From NCBI GenBank assembly GCA_034530875.2, contig JAVRCJ020000027.1, positions 1 through 64,000 on the forward strand: a stretch of DNA of 64,000 nucleotides. Direction: 5' to 3'. The DNA comes from Nostoc sp. DedSLP01. Lineage in GTDB: Bacteria; Cyanobacteriota; Cyanobacteriia; Cyanobacteriales; Nostocaceae. Positions 1 to 9,932 of this stretch are shown piece after piece. Below the pieces are notes generated by a model, which was not told the origin of the DNA, ran no database searches, and saw only the letters and a program-made list of their open reading frames with translations. The position numbers and the translations under genes are program-made. Within the stretch, counting starts at the first letter, position 1; every line of letters starts with the position of its first letter.

Positions 1-156
1 ACCTCCAAAGGTATTTCCTCTAGTTTATTGATAATTGAGGCAGCTAACTTAATTTTTTCTTCCAGTGTATTACATGGAAGAGTAGAACCATCCTCTCCAT
101 GTAATACACGGTAAATCCGCCGTTTTTATGTTAAGTAATATTTCGCCAACGGTATC

Positions 157-638
157 AGATACTTGGGACACGCGTCGCCAGACATGACTGCTGTTTATGC
201 CTATATTCATGACGAAACCCTCAAAAAAGAGATTGGGAAGTTTATGGATAGTAAAGTAGCCAATATCAATTGCGAAGTAATTAAACTTAATTAGGGATTG
301 ATTAATCCACAATTAGATAAAGACTTGAATTTACAGTGGTTGAAGAAGAAAATTACTGCTGAAACTCTGCCAAAGGGTACTGCGGATTACCTACTCAGTT
401 TAAGTGTGGCAAAAGAAACGCATGTTTAACTTGCACAGATTTTCGTACCTCCGTCGAATTTTTAAGCCAACATCAAGAGCATTTAGAAAGAACTAAAAAC
501 TTAATTGAAATTGCCACAGCTAAAGGATGTGAGCGACAAGCACAAATCAACCAAGAAGTGGCGGAAAACCTCAAAAGAATGATTAAAAGTCTGGGAAATG
601 ATACCAATGAATCAAGAATCTGGAATAAACGCTCTTAA
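157..638 (+). pseudogene. C-terminal fragment of a Tn554 TnpB-like tyrosine recombinase (internal stop and frameshift)
   Basis: Manual translation gives RYLGHASPDMTAVYAYIHDETLKKE (box II LGH...Y), then LPKG/YCGLP..C...NACLTC.DF.T..EFL..H..HLERT..LIE.A...G..RQ..IN, the Cys-rich tail typical of this family; in-frame TAG and a frameshift near 378. Confidence 0.8.
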
Positions 639-1093
639 GGCAGCAACAGAGAAGAAAAAAAGCAGAAATCAAGGAACGTCTTGAAGGATTGAGAGAGCAA
701 CAGCAAAAGGCGGACAAATCAGCGGTTGCATAAAAAGCATCTGAAAATTCCAAATCAGTTATGATTTCTCAATTTCGGGAAAGAATCAAAAAACTTGAAG
801 CAGAAGTTACTGGTTTACGGAGGATAAACGAAGGACTAGCTAAGAGAGTTTATCATCTTCAAGGTGCGGACGATCTAGCGGAAAGGCTCAAAGCTGAAAA
901 TGCACATCTTAAGGCAAGGATTACAGAACTTGATAAAGAGCTAGAGTAGTCTCAAAAACAATCTACTGCGACTTCTCTGCACCAAGTAACTCCGGTTCTA
1001 GAGTAGCGCCTATTGAAAAAAAGAGAATCAGTCAATCTGATATTATTGACAGTATTAAGCAGGAACTTAGCAATTTAGGGATTAAACTTAATA
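607..1093 (+). pseudogene. Degraded TnpC-like (DUF6262-type) coiled-coil partner gene; includes ORF 761..949
   Basis: ATG at 607 overlaps the end of the recombinase fragment; MNQESGINALKAATEKKK..EIKERLEGLREQ..*KASENSKSVMISQFRERIKKLEAE; several stops. Confidence 0.65.
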
Positions 1094-1666
1094 GACATCT
1101 GTAGTGCTTACGTTAGAGCGCTTGCTGATGGAAAATTAGCTACAGACAGACAAAAAGAAATAGCAATAAGATGCAGTTTGTTGCTTGCTGCTTGTTCTAA
1201 AGTTGGTTTAGTTGCCTTGATTGACGAAGCAACTGGTTATCAGTACGAAAGAGAAGAAAATGCACTTCAAGTCAAGTTAAAAGCTTTTATTGCCGATGAA
1301 TTAAGAAACTGGGAAAAAACATTCCCTGATGAATTATGGGAAGAATTCGGTCGCCTTACTAACTGGAGTAAACCTTTACGTTATAGACCTAAATGGTGGG
1401 GAAAACTGGTTATGGAGTTGATTTACCACGCATTAGATCCTGATGTAGCTGATTACCTCAAAACTCATAAGCCACCACCAAGATATGGCAGAAACTACCA
1501 TCAATGGTTTACGGGTGATTATGGACTCAAAAAACTTATCCCCCATATTTACCAAGTAATTGGTATTGCAAAAACTTGTTCAACCATTCAGGAGCTTCGT
1601 GAAAAAGTCGCCCATTATTATGGAAAAGACAACCATCAATTATCTCTTGAATTTCCCAAAAATTAA
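1094..1666 (+). pseudogene. 5'-truncated P63C-domain protein
   Basis: Frame extends upstream of 1178 as DICSAYVRAL..RQKEIA; motif KVGLVALIDEATGYQ..W.KTFPDE typical of P63C; no proper start, fused to tnpC remnant. Confidence 0.7.
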
Positions 1667-1875
1667 AATCGTTGTTGAATGATTACACAACGTCAAAGTA
1701 TTATATAGTATACGTTGTAGATATTGTGGTATAGATAACGGTAGGAAAGTGCGCGAGATACAAAGCAAAGCCACTGCGGTGGACGGGTTTCCCGGCATAA
1801 AAGAGGCAGTGCGTTAGACGGGCAATGCGCGACTTGAAGCAAGAACTGCCTCTCATCTCCTACCTTTTGAAATAA

Positions 1876-1948
1876 CGAGCGCGGAGGGATTTGAACCCCC
1901 GACCCACAGAACCGGAATCTGTTGCTCTATCCACTGAGCCACGCGCCC
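1876..1948 (-). tRNA. tRNA-Arg (CCG)
   Basis: Reverse complement GGGCGCGTGGCTCAGTGGATAGAGCAACAGATTCCGGTTCTGTGGGTCGGGGGTTCAAATCCCTCCGCGCTCG: 73 nt cloverleaf, anticodon CCG, no encoded CCA. Confidence 0.97.
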
Positions 1949-1992
1949 TTAGTCCCTCGTATTGTAGCACGCTGGCGATGGAATTGGGGATA

Positions 1993-3183
1993 TTAAAGAT
2001 AATCGGCGGGATTGACTGGGGAACCATTGCGGCGCACTTCAAAGTGGAGGTGCGGCCCGGTGGATAAACCCGTGGAACCAACAGCAGCGATCGCTTGTCC
2101 TCGTTCAACTGCTTGGCCATCGCTAACATACAACTCGCTGGTATGTCCGTAGAGTGTGGTAATGCCATTGCCGTGGTCGATAATTACGGCTCTGCCATAA
2201 CCACCATACCACCCAGCAAAAATCACTGTACCTGAATCGGCCGCCCGAATTGTACTGCCGTAGCTAGCAGCAAAATCCAGACCTGCGTGAAAGCGACGAT
2301 AGCCAAGAACCGGGTGCATCCGCCAGCCAAAGGGACTGCTAGTAGCAGCATCGCTAGGATAAGCAAAGACCCCAGTTCCCTGAATCTTGATGGTTGTGCG
2401 GCTGTTGGTTTTTGCTTGCGCTGCTTGTGCTACCTTTTGCTGAATCAAAACTTCCAAATTTTTGGATTCTCTATCTAGCTGATTTTGTGCCGCTTCCAAG
2501 GCGAGGCGATCGCTATTGAGGCGTTGAATTAATTCTGATTGCGATTGCGCTTGGGTTTGATAATCGGCTTTTTGTGCTAGTAGTTGTTCGCGAATCAAAG
2601 CAATTTGGTTTTTTTGCTCCTCTACTTGGGTTTTTTGCTGATTTATTGAGTTTGCTTGAGCGTTGAGTTTTTGTAAAATTTGCTGGTCTGCCTGATAAAC
2701 TAACTTTAACTGATGGCGGCGACTGAAAAAGTCACTGATATTTTGACTTTCGAGCAAAACAGCCCATCCTTGACTAGCTGGCGATCGCTGGAGATACCGC
2801 AATCGTGCTACTGTTGCTATTTGACGAGTTTCATAAGCACGTTGAGCTACAGCCAGATCGGTTTCCAACTGTTGCAAACGTTGGGTAGCCTGTTGCAATC
2901 GTGATTCGCTCTCTTGAATATAACTATCGGTAGTTTGTAGATTTTGCTTTAAACCTGTAAGGTGTTTTTGTGCCTGTTGCTGAAGATTTGTCAAGCGATC
3001 GCGTTCGTTAACCACACTCTGACGCTGCCGATCCATTTGTTGCTGTTGTTGGCGCAGCATATCTATAGACTGTGTAGAGTTTGCCTGTACTGGAATTAAA
3101 GCCAAACAAAGCCAAAAAATACAGCAAAATACAAAACATAAACTCCCAAAAATCTGCTTTGTTTCAAGAAATCTTGCTCTCAT
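1993..3183 (-). CDS. M23 family peptidase / EnvC-like murein hydrolase activator
   Basis: Signal/TM segment, long Gln-rich coiled coil, HAGLDF and GPHLHFEV M23 motifs. Confidence 0.9.
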   Translation of the reverse strand: MRARFLETKQIFGSLCFVFCCIFWLCLALIPVQANSTQSIDMLRQQQQQMDRQRQSVVNERDRLTNLQQQAQKHLTGLKQNLQTTDSYIQESESRLQQATQRLQQLETDLAVAQRAYETRQIATVARLRYLQRSPASQGWAVLLESQNISDFFSRRHQLKLVYQADQQILQKLNAQANSINQQKTQVEEQKNQIALIREQLLAQKADYQTQAQSQSELIQRLNSDRLALEAAQNQLDRESKNLEVLIQQKVAQAAQAKTNSRTTIKIQGTGVFAYPSDAATSSPFGWRMHPVLGYRRFHAGLDFAASYGSTIRAADSGTVIFAGWYGGYGRAVIIDHGNGITTLYGHTSELYVSDGQAVERGQAIAAVGSTGLSTGPHLHFEVRRNGSPVNPADYL

Positions 3184-3475
3184 ACTGTGAGCCTAACCAA
3201 AACGATGCTTTAATACACTATGAAGATTATTCCCAAAATTGTTATGGATTTATCCACTACAATACTATGTGTCGAATTAGTTCCGTATTAATTCCAGTTG
3301 TAAAAGCCAAGTTTTACTAAATAACTGAGTCTTAATTGCTTGGTTTGTTCTCACCATGAATCAATCAATACACAGAAAAATTTAGTAGTAGCTGCGATCG
3401 CTCGAACCCTAGATAGACACAAAGTAAATTTTGAGACCTAGCGGACTGAGAAAATTAACCAAAAACATATTCCAA

Positions 3476-3595
3476 TACAGCGCTAATATTTGATTTTTGA
3501 GAAGCTAGGTACACCTCTACTTTGTTACTTTCTGTTGCCTGTTAATCGTTGCCTGCCCAAATCAGTAATTTCAGGAATCAAATCAAATTGCTATA
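3476..3595. mobile_element. MITE-like element with TA-bounded imperfect terminal inverted repeats
   Basis: TACAG..ATATTTGATT left end and AATCAAATCAAATTGCTATA right end; near-identical interior start (TTTGATTTTTG..AAGCTAGGTACACCT) to copy at 20017. Confidence 0.65.
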
Positions 3596-4425
3596 TGTTA
3601 GTTTTTCTGATCCCAATCAAAAGTCCTCAAGTAGCAACATCATGGACAGAATTATCCAAGATGTATACAAGATGTATACGCTCAGTCTGCAATCAAACTT
3701 CTTCAGAATTTCGTGCGATTGTGGTCTGTCATGAAATACCTCAAACTGATTTTTCTCACCCACAAGTGCAATATATCAAAGTTGATTTTCCAATTCCCGG
3801 TTCAAGTTTGCCAGAAAAAATGGTGGATAAAACAAAGAAACTTGCTGTTGGATTATTAGCTGCCCAATCTCTACAGCCAACACATATAATGCCTGTAGAT
3901 GCTGATGATTGTATTAGCAATAGATTAGCCAGTGTTGTTGCTAAAAATCCCAAAAGTAATGGCTGGTATATCGATAGTGGCTATCTATATGAAGAAGGAA
4001 GCAGTACAATTACAGTTAGGAAAAAAAATTTTTATAGATTGTGTGGAACGTGCAACATCATCAATTATCGGTTGTTTAATTTGCCAGAAAAAGTACTGCA
4101 AAATGAACCTTTAACCGGCCACGATCGCTTTCTATCAGGACATCCACTTGCGAAGAGAGATTTAGCAGCGCGAGGAATGCCCCTCGAGCCATTACCTTTC
4201 CCAGGTGCTATTTATGTTAGAGATCGAATAGGAGAAAGCACTTGTTTGCAAGAACCACTATTGACTAAATTAACGCGCAATCCTAAAGAACTTTCGGTAA
4301 ATCTCAAAAAACTCTTAATCGCTCCGTTTAAACAACAAAAACTGACAGATGAAATTCGTTCTGAATTTTATCTGTATCCTTTAGTTGAGATCGCTAATCA
4401 GAAAAACTACATACAATATTTTTAA
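3595..4425 (+). CDS. Glycosyltransferase family A/GT2-like protein
   Basis: MLVFLIPIKSP start, RSVCNQT, VDADD (DxD) motif; ORF part upstream of 3595 lies in the MITE. Confidence 0.75.
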   Translation: MLVFLIPIKSPQVATSWTELSKMYTRCIRSVCNQTSSEFRAIVVCHEIPQTDFSHPQVQYIKVDFPIPGSSLPEKMVDKTKKLAVGLLAAQSLQPTHIMPVDADDCISNRLASVVAKNPKSNGWYIDSGYLYEEGSSTITVRKKNFYRLCGTCNIINYRLFNLPEKVLQNEPLTGHDRFLSGHPLAKRDLAARGMPLEPLPFPGAIYVRDRIGESTCLQEPLLTKLTRNPKELSVNLKKLLIAPFKQQKLTDEIRSEFYLYPLVEIANQKNYIQYF

Positions 4426-4455
4426 CAAAGCCACGGAAACGTCTTTGGCTTTGTT
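4424..4455. terminator. Hairpin between convergent genes
   Basis: AACAAAGCCA...TGGCTTTGTT inverted repeat right after the stop. Confidence 0.55.
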
Positions 4456-4507
4456 GCTAAGGCGGCTCATCGCCCCTTGAAGCTGTCAGCACTCCATCTT
4501 TACCCTG

Positions 4508-5821
4508 CTAAATACGAGCTTTCCAATTTGTCAAGTCATCTAAAGAGCGATCGCGATAACGTCCATAACGCTCTTGTTTATTTTTGATTTTCACACCCAA
4601 GTCGGGAAAAATTCCAAAGTTGGGAGGCATTGGTTGGAAGTGTTTGGGCGAAGCAGAACTAATAAATTCAAATAGCGCCCCCATCATTGTTGTTGGTGGT
4701 AAAGTCAAAGGTTCTTTACCCAAAGCTAACCGCGCTGCATTAATTCCCGCCAAGCAACCACCAGCTGCGGCGGCTGTGTAGCCTTCAGTACCAATCAACT
4801 GTCCAGCAGCGAACAAAGTTGGACGCCCCTTAAATTGCAAAGTCGGATACATCAACTGAGGAGCATTTATAAAAGTGTTACGGTGCATCACTCCCAGCCG
4901 CACAAACTCGGCTTTTTCTAAACCGGGAATCAGTTGAAATATCCGTTTTTGTTCGCCCCAGCGCAAATTAGTTTGGAATCCTACCATATTCCAAAGTTGC
5001 CCGGCTTTATCTTCTTGGCGCAACTGCACCACAGCATAAGGACGTTCCGCCGTGCGAGTATCCGATAAACCCACTGGCTTGAGGGGGCCATAGCGCATGG
5101 TGTCTTCTCCCCGCCGTGCTAGTTCTTCAATGGGCAAACAAGCTTCAAAAAACTTTGCCGTTTCCCGTTCAAAATCTTTGAGTTCTGTTTGTTCGGCTTT
5201 GCAGAGTTCTTCACGAAAATGCAAGTACTGCTCTTTATTCATTGGGCAGTTGAGATAAGCAGCTTCACCTTTGTCATAACGCGATGCCATAAAAGCAATG
5301 TCGCGGTTAATCGATTCTCCCACAATAATCGGGCTAGCCGCATCAAAAAAGCTGAGGTATTCCATCCCCGTAAAGCGGCGCAAATCTTCTGCTAAATCGG
5401 GGCTAGTTAAAGGCCCGGTAGCCAAAACCACAATTCCTTCAGGAATTGCTTGGACTTCAGCGCGACGGAATTCAATTAAAGGATGATCGGCCAAAGTTTG
5501 AGTCAAGTCCTGGCCGAATTGTCCCCGATCTACTGCTAGGGCACCACCGGCCGGAACGGCGTGTTCGTCAGCTTTTTGAATGACAATCGAACCAAGCTGG
5601 CGTAGTTCTTCGTGCAACAATCCCGCAGCGCGATCGCTTGCCATTGCCCCAAACGAATTACTACAGACTAATTCTGCTAAATGTTCTGTATGATGAGCCG
5701 GACTAAAGCGCTTTGGACGCATTTCATATAAGATCGTCGGCACTCCAGCTTGAGCTATTTGCCAAGCTGCTTCTGTCCCAGCTAGTCCACCTCCAATTAC
5801 TTGTATCGGTTGTTTTTCCAT
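4508..5821 (-). CDS. trmFO: Methylenetetrahydrofolate-tRNA-(uracil-54)-methyltransferase
   Basis: [16 protein letters not shown] motif, [16 protein letters not shown]; likely ATG at 5821. Confidence 0.97.
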   Translation of the reverse strand: MEKQPIQVIGGGLAGTEAAWQIAQAGVPTILYEMRPKRFSPAHHTEHLAELVCSNSFGAMASDRAAGLLHEELRQLGSIVIQKADEHAVPAGGALAVDRGQFGQDLTQTLADHPLIEFRRAEVQAIPEGIVVLATGPLTSPDLAEDLRRFTGMEYLSFFDAASPIIVGESINRDIAFMASRYDKGEAAYLNCPMNKEQYLHFREELCKAEQTELKDFERETAKFFEACLPIEELARRGEDTMRYGPLKPVGLSDTRTAERPYAVVQLRQEDKAGQLWNMVGFQTNLRWGEQKRIFQLIPGLEKAEFVRLGVMHRNTFINAPQLMYPTLQFKGRPTLFAAGQLIGTEGYTAAAAGGCLAGINAARLALGKEPLTLPPTTMMGALFEFISSASPKHFQPMPPNFGIFPDLGVKIKNKQERYGRYRDRSLDDLTNWKARI

Positions 5822-6187
5822 AGTTAAATTTTCCAGTTGACCTAACTGTATTGAACCATTACTTAAAAGCAATGGGATTTTGAATTTTCCATAGTGAGGT
5901 ATTAATTCTAGCAGTAATTAGCATAGCCTTTGGCTAGGGAATAGCGAACAGCTTGAAAAGCGTGCTTGAATATTACGTTTCCAGCACTATTATTTATTTA
6001 TATAAAGAATAAAATATTTCAAACAAGATGGAGCAAGCTACAAAATTTAAATGCCTCTTTGTTAATTCACGGAATTTAGCTGTGTTCCCTCTTGGAAAAA
6101 TGAGATTAAAAAAGCGATCGCTTGGTTGATTAACTAGCAAGCGATCGCTGTTAGCAAGGAGAAAATTTTCTATTTTATTTGTTTATA

Positions 6188-7234
6188 TTACTTCTCATTT
6201 TTAATAAAGCGATCGCTCCATTTGCCAGCAACCTTGTACCACTCAGATGCATTTAAATGCAGATTCACAGAGTGCCCAGCATTTTGCATAATATATACCT
6301 GCAATTGGGTTTTAGGAGAATAAAATTGCTTTTCAAAAGCTGCGACATTTTCCTGAGTACAGACAGTATCAGAGCAGAAAAAATTATCTTTTTGACCAAT
6401 TACTAATAAAACTGGAACGGTAATGTTTTTCGATATGTCAGAAGTAACAGCTGGAAAAAATGTTTGAGCTTCGCCAGTTGTCAATGTCTGTTTAAGTGCT
6501 TCGTCTTTTTTGATGACTTTTCGATCGGCATTCGACTGATTGTAAAGTAATTGCCCTCGCGTTCCTGGTAAAGTCGTCAGATAATTAATTGGTAAGTTAT
6601 CGTTTTTGAAGTTTGGGTCAGATTGTGCTGGATATAGAAAGTTCCCTAAAGCTTGTAATTCTGGAGTCAACTTGTGTAAAAATGCAGAAATAATTACCCC
6701 ATCAACATCGCCATACTGACTCGCCTGTTCAATTACAACAACAGATCCAAAGGAATGGCCTACATTGATGATGCGGTTGAATTTCACATTATTTATTTTG
6801 CCATCCCGCAGCGCTCGATTGACTTGATTCAAGACAAAAGCATTAGATTGCACGGTTACTAGATCGGCTCGAGGATGAGAACTATTGCCAATGCCAATTC
6901 TGTCAATGTTAAATGTGGCATAACCATCTTTTGTGAGAGCCTTTACATAAGAGTAGCGCTCTTTTTCGTATGGAAAATTCCAATAATTGCGATCGTATGT
7001 AATGCCTGAAACTAATACATGAACAGTTCTTGCTTTCGGGGGTCTACAAAGTTCGCCGTAAATGTGATATTGTTTCGTTCCTCCAGGTGCAAGAGCTACT
7101 GGTAAGTAAGTTTTAGAACAATCAACTGTAGAATCAAAGGATTCTGATTTTGCAGTTCCAGTTGTCAACGGTTGCAAAAGTAATGCAGAGGCTCCAATCA
7201 AAGATAGTAGACTTTGACGCAAAAATTGTTTCAT
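6188..7234 (-). CDS. Secreted alpha/beta hydrolase
   Basis: Signal peptide, DRIGIGNS, GHSFG nucleophile elbow, C-terminal GHS. Confidence 0.85.
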   Translation of the reverse strand: MKQFLRQSLLSLIGASALLLQPLTTGTAKSESFDSTVDCSKTYLPVALAPGGTKQYHIYGELCRPPKARTVHVLVSGITYDRNYWNFPYEKERYSYVKALTKDGYATFNIDRIGIGNSSHPRADLVTVQSNAFVLNQVNRALRDGKINNVKFNRIINVGHSFGSVVVIEQASQYGDVDGVIISAFLHKLTPELQALGNFLYPAQSDPNFKNDNLPINYLTTLPGTRGQLLYNQSNADRKVIKKDEALKQTLTTGEAQTFFPAVTSDISKNITVPVLLVIGQKDNFFCSDTVCTQENVAAFEKQFYSPKTQLQVYIMQNAGHSVNLHLNASEWYKVAGKWSDRFIKNEK

Positions 7235-7388
7235 AATATGCCTTGATAGTCAATACAATTATTTTGGAAAATATTAATTAACTCGTTTCTCTATACAAAA
7301 AAGCTTGATTTTTAAATTGAAATTTGAATAAGCAAAGGAAAATTTTTCAAGTTCAATCATTCTGCTCTCTGTACAACGCTAAGAAAGA

Positions 7389-7518
7389 TATAGGACTCAT
7401 ATTTGATTTGGTGAAAAAAATTAGTATACCCAAACAAGGCTTCTTTCCCACTCCCTACTCCCCATTCCCTACTCCCTGTCTACGCAAATAATTTCATGAA
7501 TCAAGTCAGATTCCTGTA
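7389..7518. mobile_element. MITE-like element containing STRR heptamers
   Basis: TATAGGACTCATATTTGATT ... AATCAAGTCAGATTCCTGTA ends; internal CTCCCTA/CTCCCCA heptamers. Confidence 0.65.
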
Positions 7519-7690
7519 TTACATATATGCAATACAGAACATTATTTTTTCTGTCTCTGGTAGCAGTCTCTATCATGAGATTAAAAGAAAATGTCTTCTT
7601 GTTTCACATCTGTTATTTTTTAGAGGCAATTAAGACTTGAAGCTAACAATAGCAGATTTTTCGTTGTAGGAGTATGCACAGATTGAAAGA

Positions 7691-7727
7691 TCCTACTTTT
7701 CTTACTTTTCCTACTTTTCTTATTTTC
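7691..7727 (+). repeat. 4x 9-bp tandem repeat TC(C/T)TACTTT
   Basis: tcctacttt tcttacttt tcctacttt tcttatttt. Confidence 0.8.
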
Positions 7728-8070
7728 TTTCTGACTGTAATAGTAATTCAGATTTAATATCTGCATCAAATCTGATTCTTATATTTGATTTCAAATAAAC
7801 TGTTGCTAAGTAAATTGTTAGCAGAGTGAGTGAAGAGATACGTAGCTACTAACTTATTAGTAAGTATAAATAATTGATTATAAATTCATTATTATTGATG
7901 AGTATTTTAACTTGATAAATCTGGGTTTAATAACCGTTAATCATTCCTTAACCTATCAGAAATATGGGCAAGATTGGAGTTAATTAACAGAAAGTAGTAT
8001 ACTTTTCTGGGTTCTCACAATCCCTATTCAAAATTTTGATTGAAAAACTAACAAATTTGGAGTTGCTTTG

Positions 8071-8439
8071 ATGCTAAGTCCTGTCGTCACAGTCGGTATA
8101 TTTCAAAAACAACCCAATCCAAAAACTTATTCAGCAGGCGAAGTCATCTTTGAAGAAGGACAGTCTGGTGAGATTATGTATGGCATTCTCGAAGGAGAAG
8201 TGGATATTTTAGTCAACAATAAAGTTGTCGAGACGATCGCGCCGGGTGAAGTTTTCGGAGTGGGAATACTTGTAGGAGTAGAAAATAGAACTTACACTGC
8301 TGTTGCTAAGACGGACTGCAAACTTGGTTTTCTTGATGAAAAAAGCTTTCTCTTCGCCGTTCAGGAAACACCTATGTTTGCCATAAAGGTAATGAAAAGT
8401 TACTCAGAACGTCTGAATAAGTTACAGCGCATGGTCTAA
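8071..8439 (+). CDS. Stand-alone cyclic nucleotide-binding domain protein
   Basis: GEVIFEEG..MYGILEGEVDI..GEVFG..RTYTAVA cNMP fold, no HTH. Confidence 0.9.
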   Translation: MLSPVVTVGIFQKQPNPKTYSAGEVIFEEGQSGEIMYGILEGEVDILVNNKVVETIAPGEVFGVGILVGVENRTYTAVAKTDCKLGFLDEKSFLFAVQETPMFAIKVMKSYSERLNKLQRMV

Positions 8440-8578
8440 GTTTTTCTTGGATCGGGGGATGAGGGGATGGTCTACAATCAGTGGTGAGTTCAAGTCCCCA
8501 CTCCCAGCTGTTTAATTTTTAATTTTGAACTGGAGCAAAGCGACTTGATATAAGGTGCAAAATTTGCTGGAGGCTGTA

Positions 8579-8938
8579 ATGGTGCGTAAACGGTTGATAA
8601 TTGAAATGGGGATGGGAGTAGATCAGCACGGACAAGAGCCAACAGTAGCAGCATCCAGGGCAGTACGCAATGCGATCGCTCATAATGCTTTACCTGGTGT
8701 TTGGGAAGTGGCCCTTTTAAGCCATCCCGATGAAATGATTGTCGAAGTTCAAGTAGCAGTACCATACCCAGAAAAAGTTAGACAAGAAGAGGTATTAGCT
8801 GTACTACCATTTGGTCAAAAAACTCTGACAGTAGAATCTGGAGGAATGGTAGTCCAAGGACGAGCGATTCCCGAACTCAACGATAAAAATGACGAAATGT
8901 TGATTGCGATCGCAGCTGTGACAGTTTCAGTTGAATAA
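8579..8938 (+). CDS. Lin0512 family protein
   Basis: RLIIEMGMGVDQHGQ..T.AA.RAV.NAI; GGAGG SD upstream of ATG 8579. Confidence 0.85.
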   Translation: MVRKRLIIEMGMGVDQHGQEPTVAASRAVRNAIAHNALPGVWEVALLSHPDEMIVEVQVAVPYPEKVRQEEVLAVLPFGQKTLTVESGGMVVQGRAIPELNDKNDEMLIAIAAVTVSVE

Positions 8939-9168
8939 TCTTAGTCATAATTAAGTTAGCGACTTGGCGCTAAACTAAAAACATTGGGATAAAAATCTCT
9001 GGCAGTAAGTTCAAAAATCAGCCATCGGCGATCGAAGTTGGAATTGGGAATTGCAAACAGTTATTTGCGAACATTTATTAGCGTTCAATAATTTACGATT
9101 CCCAATAGAAATACAGTTCAACTATTGACTGATTTAACACATCACTAATCTTCACCACTGCTAGTACA

Positions 9169-9504
9169 ATGTCTCAAGAACATAGCGAATCACTCCTTCA
9201 AGAAATCACCAAACTCAAACCCAAACACTTTGCTGATTTAGTCAGATCTGCACAATTGATTTTCGATCCCACAGCCGGAGTTTCGGGAAGAAATATCAAA
9301 ATTGACTGGGAAGAATTCGGAATTCCGCGTGATGTAGCCGACAATCTCAAATTACTCGGTCAAGAATACCAATATGCATCACCTCATGTTCCTGCTGAAG
9401 ACGTTTGGAGTAAATTAACTCCAGAAACTCGTATTTGGTTCGTTGAAAATAAAGATAGATTGTGGCAGTTTGAGGAAGTTTTCCCCGCCCTTGATGAAGA
9501 TTGA
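9169..9504 (+). CDS. Hypothetical protein
   Basis: Clean 111-aa ORF with protein-like composition. Confidence 0.75.
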   Translation: MSQEHSESLLQEITKLKPKHFADLVRSAQLIFDPTAGVSGRNIKIDWEEFGIPRDVADNLKLLGQEYQYASPHVPAEDVWSKLTPETRIWFVENKDRLWQFEEVFPALDED

Positions 9505-9932
9505 ATCAGAATTCAGTTAAAAACAAAAGTACGTTGGGTTGAGCTACAGCCAAACCCAACATCTCCCTTAAAGCAGAATTCAAAAGCCAAAATTTACAAT
9601 AGGCTAATATATAGCAGATGTTAGGTAAGTTAAGTATAAATTTGAAGAACAAAGCCATATACCAAGAAAGCTTTAATCCTCTTCCCACAGCCTTATTCCG
9701 GTATCCCTGCTGTCAGTAAAATCAGTAATTTCTAGGAATTTCTAAAGAAACAATATTCAAGTATTGATTTAATTTTGAATTTTGAATTTTGAATTGTTTA
9801 TTGTGGGGTGGGCGTCTCGCCCGCCCTTGACATTAATGCCAATATGCCTACTGGACAAAATCGAATAACATAACACAAAAGAATGGCTAAGGTATTGAAA
9901 TTGGTATTAAATTAATAAAAAAGCTTATATCG

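Noticed and set aside
70..312. 80-aa minus-strand ORF
   Set aside because: Antisense to the recognisable recombinase fragment.
1860..2168. 102-aa ORF
   Set aside because: Overlaps the tRNA-Arg and the M23 gene in another frame.
3490..3594. N-terminal extension of the glycosyltransferase
   Set aside because: Falls within a MITE-like element; the family motif begins at ATG 3595.
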